A DNA stretch of 64,000 bases from sequence record MZ779063.1. The stretch is one strand, 5' to 3'. Below, piece by piece: positions 19,717-28,890 of the stretch (position 1 is the stretch's first letter; each line of letters begins with the position of its first letter). The position numbers and the translations under genes were made by a program. The notes below the pieces were generated by a model. The model was not told where the DNA came from. It did no database searches and saw only the letters and a program-made list of their open reading frames with translations.

Positions 19717-20370
19717 TTATATATCTGAAGCTTCTAATAATTCATTATACTGTTCTATTTGATGATCTAACATGTAATCTTTATAATACGAAACAAATTC
19801 ATTTACTTTACCAAATATTGAAGATAATGGAATGATAATTTTACCTGCATGAGCTAATTGATGATTTGTTTTGGATAGTAATACTAAACCTACTTTATTA
19901 TCGAAATGTAATTTCATAACTCTTTCTGCTATATCTATTGATGTGAATTGTTCATCTTCCATTATAGCTCTATTAACTACTATTTCTACAATCTCATATA
20001 ATGTAAAAGGAAAGTGATGATATTCCATTGTAACCATGTCTTCTGTTAAATTTGACATTGTTATATCATTTTTTAGATTGTATTCTTCTTTTAATATTGA
20101 TAAATACTTTTTATATTCATTTGATCTTCTTACTAATCCTTCTACATTCTTAATAAATTTCTTTAAACTATTTTCTGATTCTATTTCAAAGTATAAACTT
20201 GATATTTGAAATTTACTTTTTTTATTTACTAATGTTGTATTATTATTTGAATCTTTCTTGATTAGTATATTATTAATTCTATTATTTTTATTTAATTTAA
20301 CTTTACTACTTGAAAATTTCTTATTATTAAATTTTATATCTACATTTTTATTACTACTCATTTTATTCAA
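19717..20370 (-). CDS. HNH-like (beta-beta-alpha-metal) conserved jumbo phage protein
   Basis: MEYHHFPFTLY ... VGLVLLSKTNHQLAH pattern; N/K-rich N-terminus. Confidence 0.5.
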   Translation of the reverse strand: MNKMSSNKNVDIKFNNKKFSSSKVKLNKNNRINNILIKKDSNNNTTLVNKKSKFQISSLYFEIESENSLKKFIKNVEGLVRRSNEYKKYLSILKEEYNLKNDITMSNLTEDMVTMEYHHFPFTLYEIVEIVVNRAIMEDEQFTSIDIAERVMKLHFDNKVGLVLLSKTNHQLAHAGKIIIPLSSIFGKVNEFVSYYKDYMLDHQIEQYNELLEASDI

Positions 20371-20437
20371 TTCCTTTTTATTAATTAAAAATTAATTAAT
20401 TTATTATATTTATATTCCTTATTTATTAAAAATTCTT

Positions 20438-20483
20438 TAATTAAAAATATATTTATTAAAAATTTATTAATAATATTTATATT
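20438..20483. repeat. AT-only element repeated at 63966-64000
   Basis: TAATTAAAAATATATTTATTAA (22 nt) and TTTATTAATAATATTTATATT (21 nt) are shared; this copy has one extra 11-nt unit. Confidence 0.65.
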
Positions 20484-20778
20484 AATTAAAATTTAATAAT
20501 TAAAAATAAATAAACTACCCCCTAAATCCCCCTTCTTGTAAAACAAATTCCAAACTATATATTAAATTATTAGCTCAGAAAATTAAAAATTTTTACTAAA
20601 TAATATATCTGTTACAAAATGTATTAATCTAATACAGATATATTAATTCTTTTTTATAAGTATAATTATATAATTATTTCAATCATTGGTATGTTTATTT
20701 TTGAATTGAATAGAGAACATATTAAGTTAATATAGATTTTTAAATTAAAAATATTATAGAAAATATACAGAGATATAT

Positions 20779-20790
20779 AACAACCTTTTA
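20779..20790 (+). promoter_or_regulatory. AR9-type late promoter motif
   Basis: AACA ACCTTT TA, 38 nt upstream of the baseplate gene ATG. Confidence 0.6.
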
Positions 20791-20828
20791 TTAAATATAC
20801 AAAGAGAGCGAGGATTAAATGAGATATA

Positions 20829-23372
20829 ATGGCTATAGAATTTAATGATTTTAATAGATTCAGTAAAGATGATTTAAGAAAATACAATCCTCTCTATTTT
20901 TATAAAGCATTTACTGAAGAAGATATAGAAAATTTAGATGATGTTATTAAATATTGTCAAGGTCTAATTATTAAAGATCAGTCAATGGCAGATAAATTAG
21001 AATCAAATGACTCAATGATGGAATCTGATTTATATATAAGAGCTAAAGATGATACGCTCGATGATTACTATTCAGTTTTCGATAGAGATAGTATATTAAG
21101 AACGTATAAAGAAAAAAATCCATACTATGGTAAATTAAGAAATTTATATGATATTGATCCATACGATTCAAGAACGACTAGCGATTTTCAAATAATAAAA
21201 GCACTTAATAAAACTTTAGATAATAAAGAAGAATCTATATTATTGGAAAGTTATACAGAATCAGTTGAATATTTTAAAAAAGTAACTCATACTAGAGCGT
21301 TTAATAATCAAATATATTACAGAGAAATGTTTTATATGTATCTAATTAATGCAACTCTACATAGATATATTAATAAAACTATGTATAGAATATTCGATGT
21401 TGATAGATATACAAGGAGAGATCTTAAAAATGCATTTATATCTAATGGTTTGGATTACTTTGATGAGTTCCCACTTGAATATCAAAGAAGAACTTACAAA
21501 AGATTAAATGATTTAATTAGAAATAAAGGCACTAATGAAATATTTCCTATAATTGAAGAAATATTCTCTATTAATTCTATTGATATTAATAAATATTATC
21601 TAGCTAAGCATCCGAATGATTTGAAATTTTATAAAACTAATGTAAATGATAATTTCAATCCTTATAAAAATAACCAATATAGCTACAATGAAATTGTCGA
21701 TCTTGATCCATATTGGAGAAATACTAAAGAAGAAGTTATGGATAAAGCATTTAACGTTATACAAACTAAATATTTGTCTACTGATGCTGTTATAGATATA
21801 ATTAATAACAGTAAATCTTTATCATTCTTATACAGTTTAATTAACTTAATGAAAGAAGATAAAAATATTATCGAAGATGACAGTTTCAATATGACTAATA
21901 CAAGAATTAGTTCTAGAAAATTTAATGTCTTTGACGGAATTGTTACACTTAATACACTTGTCATAAATTATATTAAATGGAATGATAACATTAAGAATGA
22001 TAAAAATATGAATATATATGCGTATAATTTTAATTCAGATATAAAAGATACTGTAGATGATATTCGTAATTATATTTATTCTAGACAATTTGATAAATCA
22101 GACTATACTGATTTTGCTAGAGAATTAAATTTCCTTAATATTAAGAAATTTAAAAATAGAAATACATTAAGCTATGAAGATATCATAAATGAATATGAAT
22201 CATCTGACTTAGCTCAAAGACAATTTAAATTCATCTCTGAAATGTTAACTGGTGAAAATGGATCAACTCAATTAGAATATTATATTGAAAATGATTTAAT
22301 TATTGATGGTATGCGTTATTTATGGACTCAGATATCAAAACCAGAAAGAAACTTCTTATTCAAAAATATTTCTTATTATGAAAACTTTATGAAGATATAT
22401 AAGAAATTCTTAAATGTAATGGTAAGAGATGGAAGAATTGATAGAGAAGACGTATATAAAATAATGATTGAAGACGAATCAATTGATAAAGAATTAAAAG
22501 ATTTTGTTAAAGTTATGAATGTTAGATTTTTAAATGAATCTTACGATAGATATAAAGACAATAAGAATGCTGAAAATATTGAAAATATAGTTACTGCAGT
22601 CAGAAAATCTATAGACTATTCAATTAAGAATAATCAATATACTTCTAAAAAACAAATATCTAGATATCCTGCATTAAAATCATATATTTCAGATATATTA
22701 GTTTATGATGATTCTGATAAAGATTTAATAAATATTTATGATATTATTAATATGTATAAGCATAATGAAAAATTCCGTAAAGAACTAGAAGAATTAATAT
22801 ATAATGCGAATGATCCTCATTTAAGAGAAAAATTTATTACATTGCATAAACAACTATTTATCAATAATTCTAGTAATGATGTATTTAATGGATTTAAGAC
22901 CTATTCAGATTATCTTAAATTTAAAGAACCTGATTTGTATTATTATACTATTGTAGAATCAGAAATATATGATGAAGATACATTTGATAGAGAAACTATC
23001 TTTAGAGAAAGAATTTTTGAATTAGTTAGTAGTATTGATAATCATTTAAATTTAAAAGAACAGTATTTCACTAATAGTAATTTTGTAGGTATAGTTAATT
23101 TTATCAGAGATTATATTACTATTTTAATTACATTATTTAAATCTTATTCAACTGATTTAATTTATACTAGTCTATTATTTAAATTAGATGATAAATTTGA
23201 AAATAGTATACATTTAATAGACGAAGCCAATGTTAAATATAGTGGAACTTCTAAAAAAGTAGATAAAATCAATACACTTGACAATAAAAATATCATTGAT
23301 AAAATTAATAGAAAAGAAAGTATTGAGACTAAAGATGAATTAAAAATCTCAATAATTAAGAAGGGAGATTAA
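20829..23372 (+). CDS. Baseplate wedge protein (gp7/P2 gpI-like)
   Basis: LNDLIRNKGTNEIFPIIEEIF resembles the xxKGT motif of wedge proteins; precedes a tail-collar-like gene. Confidence 0.55.
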   Translation: MAIEFNDFNRFSKDDLRKYNPLYFYKAFTEEDIENLDDVIKYCQGLIIKDQSMADKLESNDSMMESDLYIRAKDDTLDDYYSVFDRDSILRTYKEKNPYYGKLRNLYDIDPYDSRTTSDFQIIKALNKTLDNKEESILLESYTESVEYFKKVTHTRAFNNQIYYREMFYMYLINATLHRYINKTMYRIFDVDRYTRRDLKNAFISNGLDYFDEFPLEYQRRTYKRLNDLIRNKGTNEIFPIIEEIFSINSIDINKYYLAKHPNDLKFYKTNVNDNFNPYKNNQYSYNEIVDLDPYWRNTKEEVMDKAFNVIQTKYLSTDAVIDIINNSKSLSFLYSLINLMKEDKNIIEDDSFNMTNTRISSRKFNVFDGIVTLNTLVINYIKWNDNIKNDKNMNIYAYNFNSDIKDTVDDIRNYIYSRQFDKSDYTDFARELNFLNIKKFKNRNTLSYEDIINEYESSDLAQRQFKFISEMLTGENGSTQLEYYIENDLIIDGMRYLWTQISKPERNFLFKNISYYENFMKIYKKFLNVMVRDGRIDREDVYKIMIEDESIDKELKDFVKVMNVRFLNESYDRYKDNKNAENIENIVTAVRKSIDYSIKNNQYTSKKQISRYPALKSYISDILVYDDSDKDLINIYDIINMYKHNEKFRKELEELIYNANDPHLREKFITLHKQLFINNSSNDVFNGFKTYSDYLKFKEPDLYYYTIVESEIYDEDTFDRETIFRERIFELVSSIDNHLNLKEQYFTNSNFVGIVNFIRDYITILITLFKSYSTDLIYTSLLFKLDDKFENSIHLIDEANVKYSGTSKKVDKINTLDNKNIIDKINRKESIETKDELKISIIKKGD

Positions 23373-23377
23373 AAAGC

Positions 23378-24214
23378 TTGTTTAATTTTGATAGATTTTC
23401 AAGAAGACTTGTTGAAAGTAACGCTATGGAACAAGAAAAAATAGATGAGATAAGCTCAAGAGTGGAAACAAGAGACTCTAACGCTATTAATATCAAATCA
23501 GATTTTAAAGAAGATATAGGAAATTACATTAAAGGTATTGTTAAATTTTCTAATCCTAGAACAGGTGAACTAATACATCAAGAAGAAAATTTAGTTTTAA
23601 TGAGAACTCGTGTTTGGTTATTAGAAAAATTATTTGGTAAAGGTATACCTTCAAACTATAATGCAGATAGTACCCCTGATCGTACAATTTGTTTATTCTC
23701 GATTGGGTCAGGTGGAGCAGATGTTAACAATGCAGCTTTTTCTCCTTATACAGTTAAGTATTCGGATCAAAAATTAAATAGACCAATTCCATTTGTAGTA
23801 GAAAATCCAGATAAAGAAAATTCTGATTTAACTGCAAATAATCCTAGTATGATTGAAGAATTATCTGATGAACAGAGAAGAAAATATTATCTTCCTGAAG
23901 ATAAACAAGATGGAACTACTAGTTTCTATGGTAAACGTTTTACTAATGCGACTAAAGAAAATCCTCTTGGAGATTCAAAAGGATGGATTATTGATAATGA
24001 AGATGGTTCAGTAGCATTTTCATTAAAAATGTCAGTAGAACCAGATGAAGCTAGAGGTTCTATCGTAAATGAATTAGGTTTATGGTTAGCTAAATATAAT
24101 GAAACTGAAAATAAATTTGATGGTACTGAATTAGCTACAAGACTTACATTTGATAGTCGTTCTTTAAAGAACTTATCAGATGGATTAGATATAGAATATA
24201 TTATTTATATTTAA
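23378..24214 (+). CDS. Baseplate / tail-fibre attachment protein (DUF3751/T4 gp8-like)
   Basis: FSIGSGG ... VNELGLWL ... LATRLTF ... IEYIIYI pattern of fibre-attachment domains. Confidence 0.55.
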   Translation: MFNFDRFSRRLVESNAMEQEKIDEISSRVETRDSNAINIKSDFKEDIGNYIKGIVKFSNPRTGELIHQEENLVLMRTRVWLLEKLFGKGIPSNYNADSTPDRTICLFSIGSGGADVNNAAFSPYTVKYSDQKLNRPIPFVVENPDKENSDLTANNPSMIEELSDEQRRKYYLPEDKQDGTTSFYGKRFTNATKENPLGDSKGWIIDNEDGSVAFSLKMSVEPDEARGSIVNELGLWLAKYNETENKFDGTELATRLTFDSRSLKNLSDGLDIEYIIYI

Positions 24215-24221
24215 TAAAATA

Positions 24222-24251
24222 ACCACAACGATAAATTAATATCGTTGTGGT
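24222..24251. terminator. Bidirectional terminator
   Basis: 12-bp perfect stem ACCACAACGATA / TATCGTTGTGGT, loop AATTAA, convergent genes. Confidence 0.85.
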
Positions 24252-24255
24252 ATAT

Positions 24256-24474
24256 TTATTTTTTATCTTGTTCTTTTATCTCTTCTAATAGGATTTCATT
24301 AAAAGTAGATAACTTATCTATTACTTTTCTTTGATTTCTATTTTCTTTTTCTATCATATTAATTCTTATAGATATATCTTCCAAATTCTTAAGGATTAAT
24401 TTAGTTCTTACAATTAATGGTAGACTTATCAATAAGAAATATATTAAGAGGCAAAGGATAACAAGCTGTATCAA
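24256..24474 (-). CDS. Small membrane-anchored coiled-coil protein
   Basis: SD GGAGG, TTG start, N-terminal hydrophobic helix. Confidence 0.7.
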   Translation of the reverse strand: MIQLVILCLLIYFLLISLPLIVRTKLILKNLEDISIRINMIEKENRNQRKVIDKLSTFNEILLEEIKEQDKK

Positions 24475-24543
24475 TAGCGGTTTCCTCCAGTACTTACATT
24501 ATAGAAAAAATTTTATAGAAAAGGGAGCGTTGATGAAAATACT

Positions 24544-25212
24544 ATGAATTATAAAGAATCGTTTAAAGAATTTGACTTCAGCAGAGACTTTGAAGCTGTA
24601 GTCATAGATAACTCAGATTTTGATACAAAATATGAAGTTAAGCTATTTGTTTTTGAACTAATAATGACCACCTTGCAAGATTCCCCAAGAAATATCAAAA
24701 GAAATCTATATGCATCAAATATTATTAATATAGAAGATTTAGATATATCTGAGAATATTGATATTGGAAATTATTTAGTCTGTCAACCGTTGATGAATAA
24801 TGATCTTGATAAACCTTTAAGAAAACCTGAATTATATGACAGAGTTTTACTTAAATTCCATAATGCAAATCCTAAATTCCCATATTATTACGATATGCAT
24901 CTTCCAAGAAAATATAAACCTGAAGAACCTCATATTCCTAATAGAAGACAAATCAAAGGAAATTATTATAGATTGCTTATGTATAGAGAAGAAAACATGA
25001 CAGGAAATGACGTTAATGTAGTAGGAATAACACTGCATGGTCTAGGATATTCTGTCAATAAATATGATAGTAAAAACTATATATTCGATAGAACTATGTT
25101 AGAATCATTATTACAGTTCCAAAAAGATAATAACCTTAAACAAGATGGAGACGTTGGCCCAATTACATTTAACAAATTAATAGAAAAATACAATGCAATT
25201 AGCTATTGTTAG
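24544..25212 (+). CDS. Baseplate spike/hub-like OB-fold protein with C-terminal peptidoglycan-binding domain
   Basis: KPELYDRVLLKFHNANPKFPYY resembles the gp5/VgrG OB-fold end; MTGNDV...LQFQKDNNLKQDGDVGPITFNKL is a clear PG_binding_1 signature. Confidence 0.7.
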   Translation: MNYKESFKEFDFSRDFEAVVIDNSDFDTKYEVKLFVFELIMTTLQDSPRNIKRNLYASNIINIEDLDISENIDIGNYLVCQPLMNNDLDKPLRKPELYDRVLLKFHNANPKFPYYYDMHLPRKYKPEEPHIPNRRQIKGNYYRLLMYREENMTGNDVNVVGITLHGLGYSVNKYDSKNYIFDRTMLESLLQFQKDNNLKQDGDVGPITFNKLIEKYNAISYC

Positions 25213-25229
25213 AAATGAGGAATTAAAAA

Positions 25230-25814
25230 ATGTATTATGAAATTAAACAAGATAGACGAAGAAGAAGTAGTACTTTTCAAACACATATAATAATTACTCA
25301 TATGAATAATTTAATACTTAAGGAAAACAAATTTAGTGATAGAGATTTACTTAAAGGATCTTATAAATATTCTTGGGGTAAAGTTCAGAATTATCTAATT
25401 AGACATGCTAATATTAGAGCATTACCTATGCATTATTATGTAGAATTAATAGATAAAGATTACGCTGTTATGGAAGGATTATCTGATTATAAACCTAGCT
25501 ACTACCTTCAAGAATTAGCAGATAAAGGAATTATACCTCAGAAATATAAAAATAGTATTTTAATAGCTGTAGCTGATGATTTTAATTTATATAATCCTGA
25601 TGTACGTATGTTTAAACATCTAGCAGATAAATTATTAGTACCTTTATGTAAAAGACATCGATTAAGTTTTCATGAGATAAAATTATTAGATGAAATTTAT
25701 AGAGATGACTATCTTGATCATCTTGATGAAAATCGTTTTGAAACTAAATCTATGAATAGATTTGATAAACAGAGATTAAAAAATCAATTTAATATCTATA
25801 ATGTAATGAAATAA
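25230..25814 (+). CDS. Degenerate Amidase_2/PGRP-fold protein
   Basis: HIIITH...PMHYYV...VMEG...YKNSILIAV aligns by eye to the T7 lysozyme fold, but the catalytic Tyr, the second His and the Cys appear replaced. Confidence 0.55.
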   Translation: MYYEIKQDRRRRSSTFQTHIIITHMNNLILKENKFSDRDLLKGSYKYSWGKVQNYLIRHANIRALPMHYYVELIDKDYAVMEGLSDYKPSYYLQELADKGIIPQKYKNSILIAVADDFNLYNPDVRMFKHLADKLLVPLCKRHRLSFHEIKLLDEIYRDDYLDHLDENRFETKSMNRFDKQRLKNQFNIYNVMK

Positions 25815-25846
25815 AATTTATTTATATTTTGTTACTAACAATATAA

Positions 25847-26140
25847 ATATAGAAATTTAGATTTCTATATTGTTTTACCTTTTGTTTTGTCTTATGTTTG
25901 TGCTCTGATTTCAAAGTCATTTTGCTCTTAACTTCGTATAGTATAAAACTTTGCTATTTATAATTTTTTTAGCTAAGTTAATAAAGCTTATAAGCTTTAT
26001 TGGACAAACTGCCATGTCAAATTTATAAATAACTTACAATATATTAGCGTATTAAGTTTTTATAATAAAAAAATTATTGCTTTCGCTTAATGATTAAATT
26101 TCTATTTTAATCTTTATTTATGATTTACTCCTTATATAAA
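25847..26140. ncRNA. Candidate structured non-coding RNA
   Basis: ~300 nt with no SD-led ORF; nested stems (AAAACTT/AAGTTTT enclosing TATTTATAA/TTATAAATA enclosing GACA/TGTC and AATAAAGCT/AGCTTTATT); bounded by hairpins. Confidence 0.35.
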
Positions 26141-26152
26141 TAAAAAATAAAT

Positions 26153-26182
26153 CCCCAATACCATAGAAAAATGGTATTGGGG
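26153..26182. terminator. Terminator, CCCC-AATAC variant of the stem family
   Basis: 12-bp stem CCCCAATACCAT / ATGGTATTGGGG with A/T tracts on both sides. Confidence 0.8.
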
Positions 26183-26189
26183 TATTTTA

Positions 26190-26903
26190 TTAACCGAAAT
26201 ATAATTTCTTTCTGTTACTATTAAATATAGAATAATTTTCCATCTTTTCTACTAACTCTCTACGTTTATCTCTTGCTTCACGTAAATCATCCATATTAAG
26301 ATTTAATTCTCCAAAAGTAGTTTGTAAGTTCTGGAATCTACTTCTCATAGCATATAGTGATATTTGAACATCATAAGAAGCTAATTCTAAGAAATAGTCA
26401 TGCATATTATTTGGTACAGAACCAAAATGTTTATCATGATAAGTATTCAGAACTATTAGTAAATTAACAGAACCAATTACAGCAGAACTTAATATTTCTA
26501 TTTTATTAGGATGATGGTATCTAAAAGTAGATGGTGATAAATTAATTGCCATTAAATCAGACATCATTTGACTATCTATAGGATTTCCCATAGCAAATCC
26601 TGCATAAGGACTCATATTACCTGCATATCCAGTTAAATTAGTAACAGGATTATTAGCTCCAATTACTCTATTAATATTAACTATAGGATTCTCAGAATCT
26701 ATATAGAACATATTAGTAGTTCCTTCTACTTTATCTTCTGGTTTTATAATTACTCTTTCTTGCTTAGGATGAAATTTACTAAATGTAGGAATAGTGAATC
26801 TTTCTACTGTTTTAATAATTTCATCAGGTTTTAATTCTAAATCAGTGAACATGAAACCTACATCACGTTCAATATAGTTAAGTATTTCTGTATTGGTTAA
26901 CAT
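26190..26903 (-). CDS. Neck / head-completion protein (T4 gp13-like)
   Basis: DVGFMFTDLELKPDEIIKTVERFTIPTFSKFHP parallels T4 gp13 [30 protein letters not shown]. Confidence 0.65.
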   Translation of the reverse strand: MLTNTEILNYIERDVGFMFTDLELKPDEIIKTVERFTIPTFSKFHPKQERVIIKPEDKVEGTTNMFYIDSENPIVNINRVIGANNPVTNLTGYAGNMSPYAGFAMGNPIDSQMMSDLMAINLSPSTFRYHHPNKIEILSSAVIGSVNLLIVLNTYHDKHFGSVPNNMHDYFLELASYDVQISLYAMRSRFQNLQTTFGELNLNMDDLREARDKRRELVEKMENYSIFNSNRKKLYFG

Positions 26904-26927
26904 AACCTTTAATCACATCCATACACA

Positions 26928-27770
26928 TTATTTAAAGTTTCTATAGAAATCATCAAGTCCATTAAGAACAGATTCTTCTAAGAACACTTTGATAGTTTTA
27001 TTACTTTCTCTAATTGAAGCTAATTGAGAACCTTTATCATAACTGATATTAGATTCATCAACTCCAGCAAATCCCATATCTTCTGCAATGTATTTCACAT
27101 TATCTGAATTTTCTTTAATATAAGTTAAAACTTCTCTAGGAGAGAATTCAGTAATTTTACCATTAGCAAACATATCAATTGATTCATTTACCATTTGTAA
27201 ATCATTAGGATTATAGTTATTATGACCTTCTGAAATAATATTTTGAATATAAGAATCTTGATGAGATGGAATTACTACCCAATCATAGCAAATTAATCTT
27301 AAAGGCTTAGTAACTTCAACTTCACCAGAAGGAGTTCTATTAATTTTACTGAAACCACGCATTGAGAAAGATACGTCAGATTTTTGTCTAATTAAACCTT
27401 TCATATCTTTACCAGCTGCTGTTTGAGCTGTTTCTACTTCTCCCATTAATTTATTACCATTCCACCAAGTTCTAGTAACAATATGAGAAATATTGCGTTG
27501 ATCAATATACATTTGACGTTTAGGTTCATCACTTAAGGGATGTCCTGATTCCCCGTAAAAAGTTCTTCTTGCTAATTTTTCTTGTATTACTGGACTATCT
27601 AAACCACTTTGAATAACATCTTTACGATAAACACGACCATTACGGTTTTGTCTATCCGCTTCTTGTAACTCAGCAATGAATCTAACCGATTTATTATTAT
27701 CTTGAACTACTTCTGGTTGAGAAGTTGTATTAGATTCATTAATAAGATAAGCTTTTATATCTTTAGACAT
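26928..27770 (-). CDS. Prohead core protease (T4 gp21-like)
   Basis: QNRNGRVY, YGESGHP, NISH and VSFSMRG motifs. Confidence 0.85.
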   Translation of the reverse strand: MSKDIKAYLINESNTTSQPEVVQDNNKSVRFIAELQEADRQNRNGRVYRKDVIQSGLDSPVIQEKLARRTFYGESGHPLSDEPKRQMYIDQRNISHIVTRTWWNGNKLMGEVETAQTAAGKDMKGLIRQKSDVSFSMRGFSKINRTPSGEVEVTKPLRLICYDWVVIPSHQDSYIQNIISEGHNNYNPNDLQMVNESIDMFANGKITEFSPREVLTYIKENSDNVKYIAEDMGFAGVDESNISYDKGSQLASIRESNKTIKVFLEESVLNGLDDFYRNFK

Positions 27771-27804
27771 TTATTTAACTTCCTTTCACATATTAAATTT
27801 AGAA

Positions 27805-27842
27805 TATTTAAATGTTTGATAAGCAATTTTAACAATAGAATA
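27805..27842. promoter_or_regulatory. Back-to-back pair of AR9-type late promoter motifs
   Basis: Minus strand AACA TTTAAA TA (27805-27816) toward the protease; plus strand AACA ATAGAA TA (27831-27842) toward the head genes. Confidence 0.65.
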
Positions 27843-27870
27843 TTAACCTTAATGAAAATATGAATAGGAT

Positions 27871-28890
27871 GTGAAATACTTGAAGAATTTCAATGAAGTA
27901 GAAAGTGAATTAAAATATTTCATAGAACAAACAGATAACGATTCTTTTCCTGTTGATTTATATGATAAATTGATTGATATTGAAAAGTATGCAGATGTAG
28001 ATTCTTTTACAAGTGATCAAGTTAGGAAATCGGTTAAATATCTTGTTGCTTTAAAAGATTCACTAGAAAGATTTGAAATTGAAAATGAACAGTCTGAAAT
28101 GGCAGTTAATATGGTTCTTCATAAAATAGAATTTTTAAAAGATAAGTATAATACTCTTTATATTAATAAACGTGTTCCAAATAATGGTTACATAGATAAT
28201 TTATATAAAGAAGATTTCAGTTCTAATATTAATACAGAATTTAATTTTAAACAATTAACTGTAGCATTAGCTGAAAGTCCTGCTGATTCTAAACTAGAAA
28301 GAAAAGCTGTTATTAATTTCTTAATGGAAGGTAATATGAATTATCTCAATGAAGCTTATGACGATGATGATGACGAAGATTATCTTGATGGTCTTGATAG
28401 TAGTTTTGAAACTTCTAAAGAACCTAAAGTTGCTGAAAAGAATTTAAATAGATTAATTGGTTCTGTTAAAAAAGCAACCGCTTCTTCTAAAAATATGAAT
28501 GATAAACAATTAGCTAAAGCTAACCGTATTAGATTTGTAAGAGCTTTATTAACTGGAATTTTATTCTGTATTGGTTTAAAAATTAGTTCAGCAGCTATTG
28601 GTAAAGCTAAAACAGCTTTAATAGGGTTATTGACTGTAATTGTTTATAATGCAAGTAAAGGTAATGAACTTAATAGACTTATCATTGTATTAGAAGAAAG
28701 AATCCAAACTTTAGAGAATAGAATTGATTCGACTGATGATGGAGAAAAGAGAAAAGAATTAAGAATATTAAAATCAGATTTAGAAGGTCAACTTAAGAAA
28801 GCTAATTTCCAAAAGAAATCTATTGAGAAAACTAAAAATGCGATTTCTCGTGGAGATGTAAACGATAGTGGGTCAGCGTATGACTATTAA
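27871..28890 (+). CDS. Candidate internal head protein with two hydrophobic helices
   Basis: Located in the head cluster; YLNE^A putative protease site followed by an acidic patch; hydrophobic hairpin and C-terminal coiled coil. Confidence 0.6.
   Translation: MKYLKNFNEVESELKYFIEQTDNDSFPVDLYDKLIDIEKYADVDSFTSDQVRKSVKYLVALKDSLERFEIENEQSEMAVNMVLHKIEFLKDKYNTLYINKRVPNNGYIDNLYKEDFSSNINTEFNFKQLTVALAESPADSKLERKAVINFLMEGNMNYLNEAYDDDDDEDYLDGLDSSFETSKEPKVAEKNLNRLIGSVKKATASSKNMNDKQLAKANRIRFVRALLTGILFCIGLKISSAAIGKAKTALIGLLTVIVYNASKGNELNRLIIVLEERIQTLENRIDSTDDGEKRKELRILKSDLEGQLKKANFQKKSIEKTKNAISRGDVNDSGSAYDY

Noticed and set aside
20497-20541. KINKLPPKSPFL reading over the C-tracts, reminiscent of replication-initiator linkers
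   Set aside because: An in-frame stop lies immediately upstream and there is no start codon; not coding.
25929-25958. TAACTTCGTATAG resembles a loxP arm and the left half of a Firmicute dif site
   Set aside because: The second arm is missing and no recombinase is in the window; treated as coincidence.
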